64,000 nucleotides of DNA from assembly GCA_002423385.1 (NCBI GenBank), contig DIVV01000135.1, positions 8,019 through 72,018 on the forward strand. The letters are read 5' to 3'. A program made the position numbers and the translations under genes. Positions 47,498-57,002 of this stretch are shown here, piece by piece. The stretch comes from a bacterium UBP16_UBA6123 (lineage in GTDB: Bacteria; Muiribacteriota; UBA9980). The stretch's first letter is position 1. The number at the start of each line of letters is the position of its first letter. The notes under the pieces are model-generated. The model saw only the letters and a list, made by a program, of their open reading frames with translations. It did no database searches and was not told the DNA's origin.

Positions 47498-47658
47498 CCG
47501 GCTGGCGGCTGCACTTCATGCGCCGTATTTTATAGTATATTCAACCAGAGCGCATCAAGTTACTTTATAAACCGGCCCCGACGGGCTCAGAATGCTTTCA
47601 ATCAAGCTCGATCTGATTTCCGTTTGAGGGCCGGTTTTATCAATAAATGATTTTTTAT

Positions 47659-48195
47659 TTATATAGTGTTTAATGCGTCGAATTTCTTTTTATCTTCTAA
47701 TTCTTTTTTAGTTATTAATTTAACCGTGAAATTTTTGCCGTAATTAGAGTCCCATATAAAACCCCATGATTTGTAATTATCATAAGTATAAGCGGCGAAA
47801 AAGGCCACCTGTATCGTAGATGCGTCGTCGGGAATTTTTATTACCGCGCTAAGCTCGCCCGTAGCCGTAGGCTTGAGTTCCACGTCGCTGCAGCTCTGCC
47901 AGAAATCGTAGGAATATCTCATATATACGCTGCAGTTTTTATTAAATAAAATTTCTTTTCTTTCGTTGCCATAAACGATCCTGGCTTTTTTTCCAGCAAT
48001 CAGGCTGCCGTCGATTACAAAATGCTTATATTTTTTTTCTTCGCCGCTATATGTAAAATAGAGCGTAGCCGTGGTGTTTTTAATTTTATTAACCGCTTCA
48101 GAAGCCGCGGCTGGAACGCGCAGCGCCACCAGGTTAAAAATTACCATCATCGCTAATAATGCGTTTAAGGTATTGTAGTTAATATAGCTAAACAT
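47659..48195 (-). CDS. Hypothetical secreted protein
   Basis: Signal-peptide-like N-terminus, aromatic-rich beta-type sequence; no recognised family. Confidence 0.3.
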   Translation of the reverse strand: MFSYINYNTLNALLAMMVIFNLVALRVPAAASEAVNKIKNTTATLYFTYSGEEKKYKHFVIDGSLIAGKKARIVYGNERKEILFNKNCSVYMRYSYDFWQSCSDVELKPTATGELSAVIKIPDDASTIQVAFFAAYTYDNYKSWGFIWDSNYGKNFTVKLITKKELEDKKKFDALNTI

Positions 48196-48426
48196 TTAAT
48201 TCACTCGCTTTCATTTTTGCTTTTATTTTTAGATAACTTTTTTAAATAACTGATTATTTTAATCATTAAATTTACTGTAGCGTTACATACTTTTCTGCCT
48301 TTCTCTCAAATATATAGGCAATTAGCGTGCCATAACTTAAAATACTCGTAAAACCGCGGGTTATAGTATATATATCGGTGAATATTCAAGGTAGTAAAGT
48401 ATGAATTAAAATACAATCTATTGATT

Positions 48427-48462
48427 AAAAAATACGCATCATGATTAATTCACGGTGCGTAT
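48427..48462 (-). terminator. Rho-independent terminator closing the minus-strand selB/rSAM/ferredoxin array
   Basis: On minus strand: atacgca stem / tgcgtat stem (plus coords 48456-48462 and 48432-48438) followed by UUUUU (plus 48427-48431); 61 nt past ferredoxin stop. Confidence 0.4.
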
Positions 48463-48522
48463 TGATGATTTTATAAGCTGAATGCGCTTTATGATGATTA
48501 TAACGTATTATCGCGTTGATAA

Positions 48523-48711
48523 TTATTCGTATTTAATTGCGTTTACCGGGCAGCCTAAAGCGGCTTTTTGAATGCAGGCTTCGTTTTTAATAAAATCGGC
48601 GGAGGGAAGAATGCTTGACTTTTTGCCGATTATTTTAAAGACTTCAGGGCAACTGAATTCGCATGCCGTGCAGGCTATGCAGTCATCGGTTATATATACT
48701 TTTTTAATCAT
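48523..48711 (-). CDS. Small 4Fe-4S ferredoxin
   Basis: 62 aa; CIACTACEFSCP and later CxxxAxxGCP cluster motifs. Confidence 0.7.
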   Translation of the reverse strand: MIKKVYITDDCIACTACEFSCPEVFKIIGKKSSILPSADFIKNEACIQKAALGCPVNAIKYE

Positions 48712-48730
48712 TGAAGCCCCCTTTATATTA

Positions 48731-50923
48731 TTAATTGTTTTTACAATTGACTATTATACCATATTTGATAAATTTTTCAATAAGCGCCGGAAGGTTTTTT
48801 GAAATTAAAAGAATGTTTTTGTTGATGGTTTCAAATTCTTCGCCGGATTCTTCCGCTCTGGATAAAAGCTGGATATCGGCCGGTTTATTTTTATCGGTAT
48901 AATAAAAATAATCGAGCGCTAAAAAATCGAGCGGATCGTTAAAATAGAATTTTTGAGTATCGAATGTGCCGTCGTTGTTTACTATATGTTTTAAGGCCAT
49001 GCAAACCTTGCGGGCTGGCGGATTTTTAAAGTTGAATACGGTTGTTGCGGCAGCGGAGATATCGCAGCCTGATGGGCAATTTATTATATCGTTATCAAAG
49101 CGGATCAGCGAAAACGTTTTAGACAGTTTTAGCCTGCCGCCGCCGGCGAAATTTTCGGCGCACGCGCGGATAGCTTCATATAAACGGCCGTCACGTTTAA
49201 TTTTTTGAGGTTTTAAAAAATCGGGAAGTGAAAATCTTTTGGATTCGCCCGCGATAAAGTCGTATCGGAGGCAGTCCGATAAAATTTGATAATAGTCTGC
49301 TGCGGATGGTTTTATCGTTTCGCCGTTGAAGCGGTCTATATATAAAAACAGGTTCTGGCGAGATATCGCCGTTTCGGATATATCGTTGCGTTCGAAATAT
49401 TCTATGAGCGCAAAAAAAAGGTCCGACGGTTTTTTAAAATAATAAAACAGCGCGCGCAGCGTGAGATTAAGATGTCCGTGGTTATATAGCAAATCGAGAT
49501 ATCGGCCGAGTTTTTGAAGTTTGAACATTTCAAAAGCGTCGATAGTATTGGTTTTAATAACCGCATAGGGCGGGTTGAGATCGTAAATTAACCCCATTTT
49601 TTCGGCATTTTCACGAAGTTTAGTGCCGCGCAGAAGTTTTAGCTGCCAGAATTGCACGCTGTCGGGAGTTTTAGACAGGAGCTCGTCGAAAGAAGATATG
49701 CAGTTTTGATAATTATCGCCGGGCAGTCCGTACATTAAATCGGCGTGAATATTGATTCGGGTGTCATTAATCAATAAATCGAGGATATCGCCCGCGTTAA
49801 CGGTTTTAGCATTTTCGGGCGCGGTTGAACCGCCGCCGGCTTGTTCGCCGTCAGAGCTGGTTCTGGCAGGGCTTTCCGAGTTAACGCGTCCGACGGCGTC
49901 GAGCGCTTTTTTATTAAACGACTGCACGCCTATTTCGAATTGAAAATATTGCAGCTCGAGGCTTTTTAAATAATCGAGCAATTCGGGCGTGAACTTATAG
50001 GGGCTGATTTCAAATTGAAAAAGGGTTTCAGGCCGCGCGGCTGAAACCGCGTATTTAAAAATTGCGAGGGCGCGCCCGGGATCGTCGTTGAAAGTGCGGT
50101 CTATTACGCGAATTTTATCGATTTTTAAATCGTTTATTATCGTGTCGATATCTTTAAAAACGCGGTTTAATGAAAAATATCTGACTGCCGGCGCGTTTTT
50201 AGGCTTGAGCGAGCTCAGGCAATAATGACAGTGATTGGGGCAGCCGCGTGAGGTTTCAAGATATACGAAGTTTTTGCCGCCGCGCGCCGCCTGCCGGCCG
50301 TCATGCTTTAAAAAGATCGACGGCAGATCGTCTAAATTATTTACTACGGCCGGTTCCGGGCAAAATTCGAAGGCGCCGGAATCGCTTAAATGCGCCATGC
50401 CTTCTATCTGCATAAGACGGCCGCGCTCGGGGGCGGCTTCGCCCGAGCATTGGAAGGAGTCTATTGAAAGTTCTATAAAGCGCGCGAATGAAATTTCGCC
50501 CTCGCCGCTAATCGCGTAGGAAGCGCCGCACATGGCTTCGCTCTCGCCGCGGCAGACGGAAATAACTTCGGGCCCGCCGGCCAGGGTGAGCGCGTGTGGA
50601 AAAGCCCGTCTGATAAACGATATTAATTTACGGATAAAATCGTGGTTCCATATATATATTGAAAAGCAGTAAATATCGGCGTTATTCGAGCAAAGCGCGC
50701 GCGTGGCGTATTCATGGGTGTCGCTCAAGTTGAATTCATAAATTTTAAGCTCGTATCGATCGCACCCGATATTTTTTGAATCGAGATATTTGTAAAGATA
50801 GCCGCTCAAATAATCTAAGGCGGCGGCATTTTGCGTATAACGGGTATTAACGGCGCAAAGCGCGATTTTGAGTTTTTTAGCTGTCGTAGAGTTTTGGGCA
50901 TTTTTGATTTGATCGTCGTTCAT
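48731..50923 (-). CDS. B12-binding-domain radical SAM protein with C-terminal DUF4080-like region
   Basis: N-terminal cobalamin-binding-like domain (IALCAVNTRY...), radical SAM CxxxCxxC (CPNHCHYC), long C-terminal extension typical of the DUF4080 class; 730 aa; has a low-complexity insert (SPARTSSDGEQAGGGSTAPENAK). Confidence 0.7.
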   Translation of the reverse strand: MNDDQIKNAQNSTTAKKLKIALCAVNTRYTQNAAALDYLSGYLYKYLDSKNIGCDRYELKIYEFNLSDTHEYATRALCSNNADIYCFSIYIWNHDFIRKLISFIRRAFPHALTLAGGPEVISVCRGESEAMCGASYAISGEGEISFARFIELSIDSFQCSGEAAPERGRLMQIEGMAHLSDSGAFEFCPEPAVVNNLDDLPSIFLKHDGRQAARGGKNFVYLETSRGCPNHCHYCLSSLKPKNAPAVRYFSLNRVFKDIDTIINDLKIDKIRVIDRTFNDDPGRALAIFKYAVSAARPETLFQFEISPYKFTPELLDYLKSLELQYFQFEIGVQSFNKKALDAVGRVNSESPARTSSDGEQAGGGSTAPENAKTVNAGDILDLLINDTRINIHADLMYGLPGDNYQNCISSFDELLSKTPDSVQFWQLKLLRGTKLRENAEKMGLIYDLNPPYAVIKTNTIDAFEMFKLQKLGRYLDLLYNHGHLNLTLRALFYYFKKPSDLFFALIEYFERNDISETAISRQNLFLYIDRFNGETIKPSAADYYQILSDCLRYDFIAGESKRFSLPDFLKPQKIKRDGRLYEAIRACAENFAGGGRLKLSKTFSLIRFDNDIINCPSGCDISAAATTVFNFKNPPARKVCMALKHIVNNDGTFDTQKFYFNDPLDFLALDYFYYTDKNKPADIQLLSRAEESGEEFETINKNILLISKNLPALIEKFIKYGIIVNCKNN

Positions 50924-51006
50924 ATAGTAAGCCTGATTCGTTTTAAAGGCTTTCCCTTCTTTTAAGTTCGGTTTTTTAAAAATCCGGTTCAGTTTTTATC
51001 GGTCCT

Positions 51007-52956
51007 TTATTTTAAAAACCTGTCGTTTTCTTTTCGGACGGTTATGCCGGTTTTATCGAAAAATTCAAGTATCGCTATGGCGTATTTTCTTGACAGCGTG
51101 GTTTTATCTTTGAAATCGATGACGCTAAAAGACGGCTTTGCCGAAATTATCTCTTTAATAGCCGAAAGATATGATTCCATCTGGCCGGCTGTTATATAAT
51201 AGTTTTCGAATATTCTATAAATCGATTTTTCGTTCTCTAAAAATTTAACTACTTTATTAAAAAGCTCGATCTGGTTTTTAGCGACGACGGCTTTTACCTC
51301 GTCGAGAGTTTTAGGCGTAAATGAAGCGCCGTCGAAAGATTTAAAGATTTTCCGCCTTATAATTTCGGAATCGCCTTCGAGTTTTTTTTCCGCCGCTCCG
51401 CCGCCGGCGGGTAAAGTTATCATTCCGTCGGCGTTTTTAATTTTATTTTCGGCGGCAGCCGAGTCTATGATGTATGAATAAAAAAGAGTTTCGTCTTCGT
51501 CCGGTTTCGCCGAATATAACTTGAAAAGCTCTAATTTTGTGATGCCGGCGTTCAATTTATTCGAATTTAAGTATTGGTTTAATTTATCAATCATTGACGC
51601 TTTAAATGCCTGCATGTTTTTTTCGCCTGTAATCAGCCGGTCTTTGATAAAAAGATATTTATCATCAGGCGCCGCGCGGGAAATAATATCGATTATTTTT
51701 TCTTTAATGGTCATAAAAGCGGCGCAGGCAAGATTTATTTCTATAAAGCCGCGCTTTTTAATTTCATTTGAAAAAAATAATTCGGCTATTTTAGTTTCAT
51801 CTTCCATCGGCGCGTCTTTAAAAATTGAAACGCTTTCCAGTACGGCTTTTTTATTTTTAACAAGCTGGTTATGACAGCTTAATATTATTCCGCCGCCGAT
51901 AGTTTCTTCGTCGGTATGCGTCCTGATTATGAATGGTTTTAAAATTAAAGCGAAATCAGCCGAAGCCAGAATTATCTGGGCCAGATAAATGCTGTCCGCC
52001 TCGAGTTCCGAAGTTTCTAAAAGCCTCAGTTTGGCGGCGTAACAGGCGGAATAAAAATAAAATTTAATATTGGCGCCGCTTTTAATTTTATGTTTGAGGT
52101 TTTTGGACGCGCGGAGTTTAACGGTTAAAACACGGTATGTGCAAGCGATTTCGCTTGAAACTAAAAACGAGCCGCGCGCGATTTCAGCTTCGCGCGTTTT
52201 TGTTATATTAAGCGCGGCGCGCAGGCCGCTGCTCACTTCGCTGAATTTAGCCGAATGTGATTCTATGGAGCGTACCTTGCATTCGCCGCCGGGCATTATT
52301 TTATAAATTCCGTCGGTTTTAAGGCATCCCCGCATGAGCGTGCCGGTTAAAATCTGCCCGAATCCCGCTTTATCAAAGACACGGTCAATCGGATAAAGCG
52401 TTAATTTATCGATTTCGCGCCCTCCGCCGCTGACGCCTTCGGCCGCTAGAGCGGCTATTTCTTTGCTGACGGCGGCGATTAATTCGGCGCTTCCTTTTTT
52501 ATCGGCCGCGGAAAAATTTATAATCTTTGAATTTTGAAATTTTGTGTCTTTTAAAAAATCTTCGATTTCCATTCTGCGGTACTCGATATCGTCTTCGGAA
52601 ACCAGGTCGCATTTATTGAGCACCGCTATTATTTTAGAAATTCCGCAAAAATTTAATATATCGAAGTGTTCGACGGTCTGCGGCATTATTCCTTCACTTG
52701 CCGCTATTACAAGCAGCGCGACGCGCGCGCCGAATATTCCGGCGAGCATGTTATGAACGAAATCTTCGTGGCCCGGAACATCTATTATGGAAACCGGCCC
52801 CGCGCCTTCTATATCGATATGCGCGAAGCCTATATCGATGGTGATTTCGCGCTCTATCTCCTCGCGGTAGCGCGCGGTGGTAATGCCCGTGAGCGCCTTG
52901 ATTACGCTTGATTTGCCGTGGTCAACGTGACCGGCCATTCCTATTACGAATCCCAT
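51007..52956 (-). CDS. selB: Selenocysteine-specific translation elongation factor
   Basis: GTPase N-terminus GMAGHVDHGKSS..., DVPGHEDF, NKCDL; 649 aa with long C-terminal winged-helix region as in bacterial SelB. Confidence 0.8.
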   Translation of the reverse strand: MGFVIGMAGHVDHGKSSVIKALTGITTARYREEIEREITIDIGFAHIDIEGAGPVSIIDVPGHEDFVHNMLAGIFGARVALLVIAASEGIMPQTVEHFDILNFCGISKIIAVLNKCDLVSEDDIEYRRMEIEDFLKDTKFQNSKIINFSAADKKGSAELIAAVSKEIAALAAEGVSGGGREIDKLTLYPIDRVFDKAGFGQILTGTLMRGCLKTDGIYKIMPGGECKVRSIESHSAKFSEVSSGLRAALNITKTREAEIARGSFLVSSEIACTYRVLTVKLRASKNLKHKIKSGANIKFYFYSACYAAKLRLLETSELEADSIYLAQIILASADFALILKPFIIRTHTDEETIGGGIILSCHNQLVKNKKAVLESVSIFKDAPMEDETKIAELFFSNEIKKRGFIEINLACAAFMTIKEKIIDIISRAAPDDKYLFIKDRLITGEKNMQAFKASMIDKLNQYLNSNKLNAGITKLELFKLYSAKPDEDETLFYSYIIDSAAAENKIKNADGMITLPAGGGAAEKKLEGDSEIIRRKIFKSFDGASFTPKTLDEVKAVVAKNQIELFNKVVKFLENEKSIYRIFENYYITAGQMESYLSAIKEIISAKPSFSVIDFKDKTTLSRKYAIAILEFFDKTGITVRKENDRFLK

Positions 52957-52983
52957 TTTATCTCCGTCGGCGGGCGCCGATGA

Positions 52984-53655
52984 TTATTTCCATAAAAGCG
53001 CCAGGCCGCCCACGGTTTTATAGACGCCCTGATATAAATAATAAGAGCCGATTCCGATGGCGCAAATTTTACCTATCGTAACCGCCGTTTTTCCGCGGCA
53101 GGCCGCCCCCAGAAACGGGACGACCGCAAAGTATATCGAAGATCCCGCGAAAAAGGCGAAGTAGAAAAAAAGCGCGCTTAAAAGTCCGTGCCTGTTGGCT
53201 GCTTCAAAGACGGCTATGAGTATGGGCGGGCAGATATTAAACGCCGTTAAAAATCCCAGGCCGAGCGCCGTTTTTGAAAAAAATCCAGCGGCCCCTGAAC
53301 CGCCCGCGGCGCCGGCCGCGCTGGATGCATCGGCCCCGCAGCCGCAGGAGTTAGTTTTAGTTTTTATCAGGGCGTGGTGCATTAAAAACGCGGCCAGAAT
53401 AAAAAAAGAAACTCCGCTGATCACGTTTTTAATTACGTCGTTTTTAAATATGGCCTTACTGATATACCAGGCGAAGGTGCCGACCGCCATATAGCCCAAA
53501 AACCGTCCTAAAAGAAAATTAAGGCTTACTTTAAGCGTCTGGATAAATCCGTTTCCTTCGCTTAAAACATAAGGCACGACCAGCGGCGTACATGTAAACA
53601 GGCACACCGGGCTGAGACTGAGGCCGAGCATAAACGCTTTGATGAATGAATCCAT
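52984..53655 (-). CDS. CcdA/DsbD-family (DsbD_2-like) transmembrane thiol-disulfide transporter, tentative
   Basis: N-terminus AFMLGLSLSPVCLFTCTPLVVPYVLS parallels CcdA LSFLSPCVLPLVP; second Cys motif AFNICPPIL; ~6 TM; Gly/Ala/Ser-rich loop with CGCG. Confidence 0.45.
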   Translation of the reverse strand: MDSFIKAFMLGLSLSPVCLFTCTPLVVPYVLSEGNGFIQTLKVSLNFLLGRFLGYMAVGTFAWYISKAIFKNDVIKNVISGVSFFILAAFLMHHALIKTKTNSCGCGADASSAAGAAGGSGAAGFFSKTALGLGFLTAFNICPPILIAVFEAANRHGLLSALFFYFAFFAGSSIYFAVVPFLGAACRGKTAVTIGKICAIGIGSYYLYQGVYKTVGGLALLWK

Positions 53656-53694
53656 ATTATCAGCTTTCCTTTAAAGTGGTTATTATAGATATTT

Positions 53695-55032
53695 TTAATA
53701 AAAACCGAAAAATCTTGCTACCGCGGGGCCCGCGCCGGACATATTAAGCGATACCGGCACCATTAGTACGGCCAGCAGGTTGAGGCGTCGCGAGTGCCAC
53801 ATATTAGGCACGAGTCCGAGCGCGGTGGCGACGGTTAAAAGAACCATACCCTGCCAGTGGGTAATTTGTATCGTTAGTACGATTAACATCGCGCAGCCGA
53901 TGGCCGAAAACCAGTTGTAGTCGATTTTTTCTACAAGGTAAGCGCACAGGCGCGAGAACCAGCCGATCAGAAGAAACGATACGGCGCCGGTGAGTGCGAT
54001 TATCCCCGATATTAAAAAGAATTGCTCGGGAGTTTCGGGTACGAAAAATAAACTTATATTAATGGCCGCGCCGCCGCGTCTCATGAAAACGCCGGGCATG
54101 AAAAACAGCATCAACGCGCCCACATAGTATATAACGCGCCCCACGCCGCCGCCGATTAAAAACTGCCGCTCGCCCGATGTGACCGTTAAATGGCCGGTGC
54201 ATAAAAGCGCCGGGCCTGGAGTCATGCCGGGAACGAGCGCCGCGTAAAGGCCGGCTAAAAATCCCGAAGCGCTGCCGCGCATAACGTCGTGCGGCGCGGA
54301 TTCTACGGAGTCGCATATATATTGTTTGGGTACTTTAACCTTAGTCATAAAAGTCATTATCTGCGAGGGAATGGCGAAGAGTCCTACGAATAAGGGCATC
54401 AGCGACTGGAAGGCGTTTTCGACCGGAACGATGGTGCGGTAAAATACGAACATGCCGAGGATTCCAGCCACTATAAAGGTGAAATAGCCCATTAAAAGCT
54501 GGACCCAGCCGTCCCAGAATCTCTGCCAGCCGGTTTTTCCGACGCCGTGGTCTTTCGGCCACTCGGTCATCAAAATAAAAAACATGACAAGCGCGACCAT
54601 CCAGTAGCCGTGCGGCTGGACGATATTGCGCGCCAGGGCGAAAAACGAAGGTATAAGCGGAAATAATAGAGTTATTATAAAAATTGCCACCAGACTTCCG
54701 AGCGCGCCCAGCATTACCGCTTCGTGCCCTCTGCCTTCTAAAAGAAAGCGTTCGTGCGGCAGCATTATCGAACGGAAACTTTCATCGTTCGGCTGGAAAT
54801 ATTGTGAGGAAACCGTAAAGAGCATTGAAAACCCTACGACCATGCCGAGCATAAAGCCGGTAAGCACTATAGGATGAAGTCCTGAAAAAAGGTCGGCCGC
54901 CGTGAAAGCCAGCAGCATCGTAAGCGCGATGACGTTATAGATGTGAAGCCCCGGTATGATCGAGGCGAGCATCGCGATAAAAACTCCTATGAGCGAAGCT
55001 ATGATTGAATATATAACGATCGAGATTTCCAT
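53695..55032 (-). CDS. Polytopic membrane transporter, TctA/DUF112-like, tentative
   Basis: 445 aa, about 10-12 TM; two Pro/Gly-rich half-site motifs (IIPGLH..., LVPGMTPGPALL) resembling the TctA repeats. Confidence 0.3.
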   Translation of the reverse strand: MEISIVIYSIIASLIGVFIAMLASIIPGLHIYNVIALTMLLAFTAADLFSGLHPIVLTGFMLGMVVGFSMLFTVSSQYFQPNDESFRSIMLPHERFLLEGRGHEAVMLGALGSLVAIFIITLLFPLIPSFFALARNIVQPHGYWMVALVMFFILMTEWPKDHGVGKTGWQRFWDGWVQLLMGYFTFIVAGILGMFVFYRTIVPVENAFQSLMPLFVGLFAIPSQIMTFMTKVKVPKQYICDSVESAPHDVMRGSASGFLAGLYAALVPGMTPGPALLCTGHLTVTSGERQFLIGGGVGRVIYYVGALMLFFMPGVFMRRGGAAINISLFFVPETPEQFFLISGIIALTGAVSFLLIGWFSRLCAYLVEKIDYNWFSAIGCAMLIVLTIQITHWQGMVLLTVATALGLVPNMWHSRRLNLLAVLMVPVSLNMSGAGPAVARFFGFY

Positions 55033-55066
55033 AGATTATTATCCTCCCCTGTTAAGGAATATAAGT

Positions 55067-55969
55067 TTAATTTAATATTATAATGGCGTCGGTTTCTTCT
55101 TCGTTGACCTTAATTTCCCAGTAACCGCCGCGTTCGTAAAAGACGAAAAGCCCGTTTATCGATAGTTTCTGCCCTTCTTTATACCGCGTGGAATCAACGC
55201 CGAAAACTATTACAGAAGCCGGTTTCGAGCCGGGAATGGTTTCAACGGCGGTATCGGCCACTTCGACTATGAGCTTGCCGCGTTTTGATACAACTATGGC
55301 TTCTTTTATCTTAATTTTTTTATTTTTGAAGTTATCGGGTTTTTCAAGAAGCGATTTGATATCCGCGTCGATGGTTTTATTTTCATTCGACTTATCTACC
55401 ACTTTTAAAAGTTCGGCGGTGCCGAGGCTCAGCGTGCGGTATCCTTTTCCGGCAAAAAGCGTCGCCGAGGCGTCGATGATATCGCCGCGGGCGGGCAGCA
55501 GCCCTTTTTCTTTAAGCTCTCTGGCGACTTCGCCTTCGGCTTTTAGTTTGATGCGGCCTTCGTAGTCGTCGCCGCTGCCTTTAGATGCGTCTTCGAGCTC
55601 TAATTGTATCGTCGAGCGCTTCTGGTATTTGTCTTTGAATTCGCTTATATAGCGCACTTTTGCAAGTACGCGCACGTGCGAAAAATTCATGGTTTCGTTA
55701 AGATCGCCTATGGCTATATAATTCGGGCTCAAACTTACCGATATCGCGAAATAAACGAGGGCGGCTATAAAAAGTATTATAGTCGAAAGATTCATACTTC
55801 TTACGCTTATCCGCTCGCGCGGCGGGGTAAGCGCGCAGCAGTAAGCGCACCTTTTTTTAAATTCAGGGTTCGGCCGTCCGCAGCTCGGGCATTTGTCCGC
55901 GATATTAAGCGTTTCCGGCGCGCCGTCCATATTCATGGTATCTATTTCAAAATTATTTTGATCGCTCAA
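55067..55969 (-). CDS. Membrane protein: N-terminal Cys4 zinc ribbon, single TM, extracytoplasmic region with two OB-fold-like modules
   Basis: CPSCGRPNPEFKKRCAYCC; TM IILFIAALVYFAISV; paralog of the adjacent gene (ARELKEKGLLPARGDIIDASATL vs TRELVEAKKLPAFGDKIKMTASF). Confidence 0.4.
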   Translation of the reverse strand: MSDQNNFEIDTMNMDGAPETLNIADKCPSCGRPNPEFKKRCAYCCALTPPRERISVRSMNLSTIILFIAALVYFAISVSLSPNYIAIGDLNETMNFSHVRVLAKVRYISEFKDKYQKRSTIQLELEDASKGSGDDYEGRIKLKAEGEVARELKEKGLLPARGDIIDASATLFAGKGYRTLSLGTAELLKVVDKSNENKTIDADIKSLLEKPDNFKNKKIKIKEAIVVSKRGKLIVEVADTAVETIPGSKPASVIVFGVDSTRYKEGQKLSINGLFVFYERGGYWEIKVNEEETDAIIILN

Positions 55970-55997
55970 TGTTATCCTCCATATACGGTATACGACA

Positions 55998-56897
55998 TTA
56001 CATCATATTGTCTTTTTTGACGATATCTTCGCTCGCTTTTATGATACTTTCGGCCGAGGGGAGCACAATTACGAAATATTTATCGTCTTTTTTGCCGCGC
56101 AGTTCGAGCGCTCCGCTTAAAGTGATAAAATCGCCTTCGCGCGGCGCGTCTTTCCACTCATCGGCGTTTTCTTTGACGAGGCGTCCCGCCTGCAAAGCGG
56201 AAAACGGCATTACCGCGGTCAGCCGGGTTTCATCGGTCGCCTCGCCGGCTTCCAGGTCGATTTCAAGCTCGTATCTGGAGCTGTTGACGGCCGCAACGCG
56301 CCCCGACACCTTTACGATATCGCCGCGTTTGAATTTATCGCCGGGGTTTTCATTGACGGTTTTAATCGGTGAAGCGGTTTCGGGCGTATGGCGCTCTATT
56401 TTAATGCCTTTTTCCGAGCCGAGTATTAAGAAACCGCCCTTGCCTTTATATTGAAAACTTGCCGTCATTTTGATTTTATCGCCGAAGGCGGGGAGTTTTT
56501 TGGCTTCGACGAGTTCGCGCGTGGCGTCGTCATAGCAGCGAACGAGCATAAGGGCGGTGCCGTCGTCGATTTCGAATTCGACCGAACCTCCGGCGTTTTC
56601 GCCTTTATCGGCGGCCGCATAGTAGCGCAGTGGCGCGTTAACGACGGCGTTAGTGGTTACCTGGGCGAAGTTGCTACGTTTGGTGAGCGTGTCGAGCTTA
56701 ACCTCGGGATTGCCGTAATGAACGCCGATATAATGAAGTACAAAGAGGCCAAGGACTGATATTATGGGGGTTAAATATTTAATCAGGCGTACCGAAAGCC
56801 TCTTGGGATTAAAACTACGGCAGAAAGGACACAATTCCAGCGCGCCGACAAAACGGCCGCAGGTTTTACAGTGCGTTTCTTCGTAATTTTGACTCAT
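55998..56897 (-). CDS. Paralogous zinc-ribbon / TM / 2xOB-fold-like membrane protein
   Basis: CKTCGRFVGALELCPFC; TM PIISVLGLFVLHYIGV; C-terminal region homologous to 55067-55969. Confidence 0.4.
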   Translation of the reverse strand: MSQNYEETHCKTCGRFVGALELCPFCRSFNPKRLSVRLIKYLTPIISVLGLFVLHYIGVHYGNPEVKLDTLTKRSNFAQVTTNAVVNAPLRYYAAADKGENAGGSVEFEIDDGTALMLVRCYDDATRELVEAKKLPAFGDKIKMTASFQYKGKGGFLILGSEKGIKIERHTPETASPIKTVNENPGDKFKRGDIVKVSGRVAAVNSSRYELEIDLEAGEATDETRLTAVMPFSALQAGRLVKENADEWKDAPREGDFITLSGALELRGKKDDKYFVIVLPSAESIIKASEDIVKKDNMM

Positions 56898-57002
56898 GAC
56901 GATTTTTTCGACTTCAGGTTTTAGTTTAATAACATACCACCCTCTTTACAATTATTTATATTAAAAATTGCCTTATTTTGCCGTTCTATTTGGTAATATG
57001 AT

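Noticed and set aside
50924-53694. tRNA-Sec (selC), selA or selD near selB
   Set aside because: No tRNA-like T-arm sequence (GTTCGAATC-type) or additional ORFs in the flanking spacers. Spacers are only 28-83 nt. Presumably encoded elsewhere.
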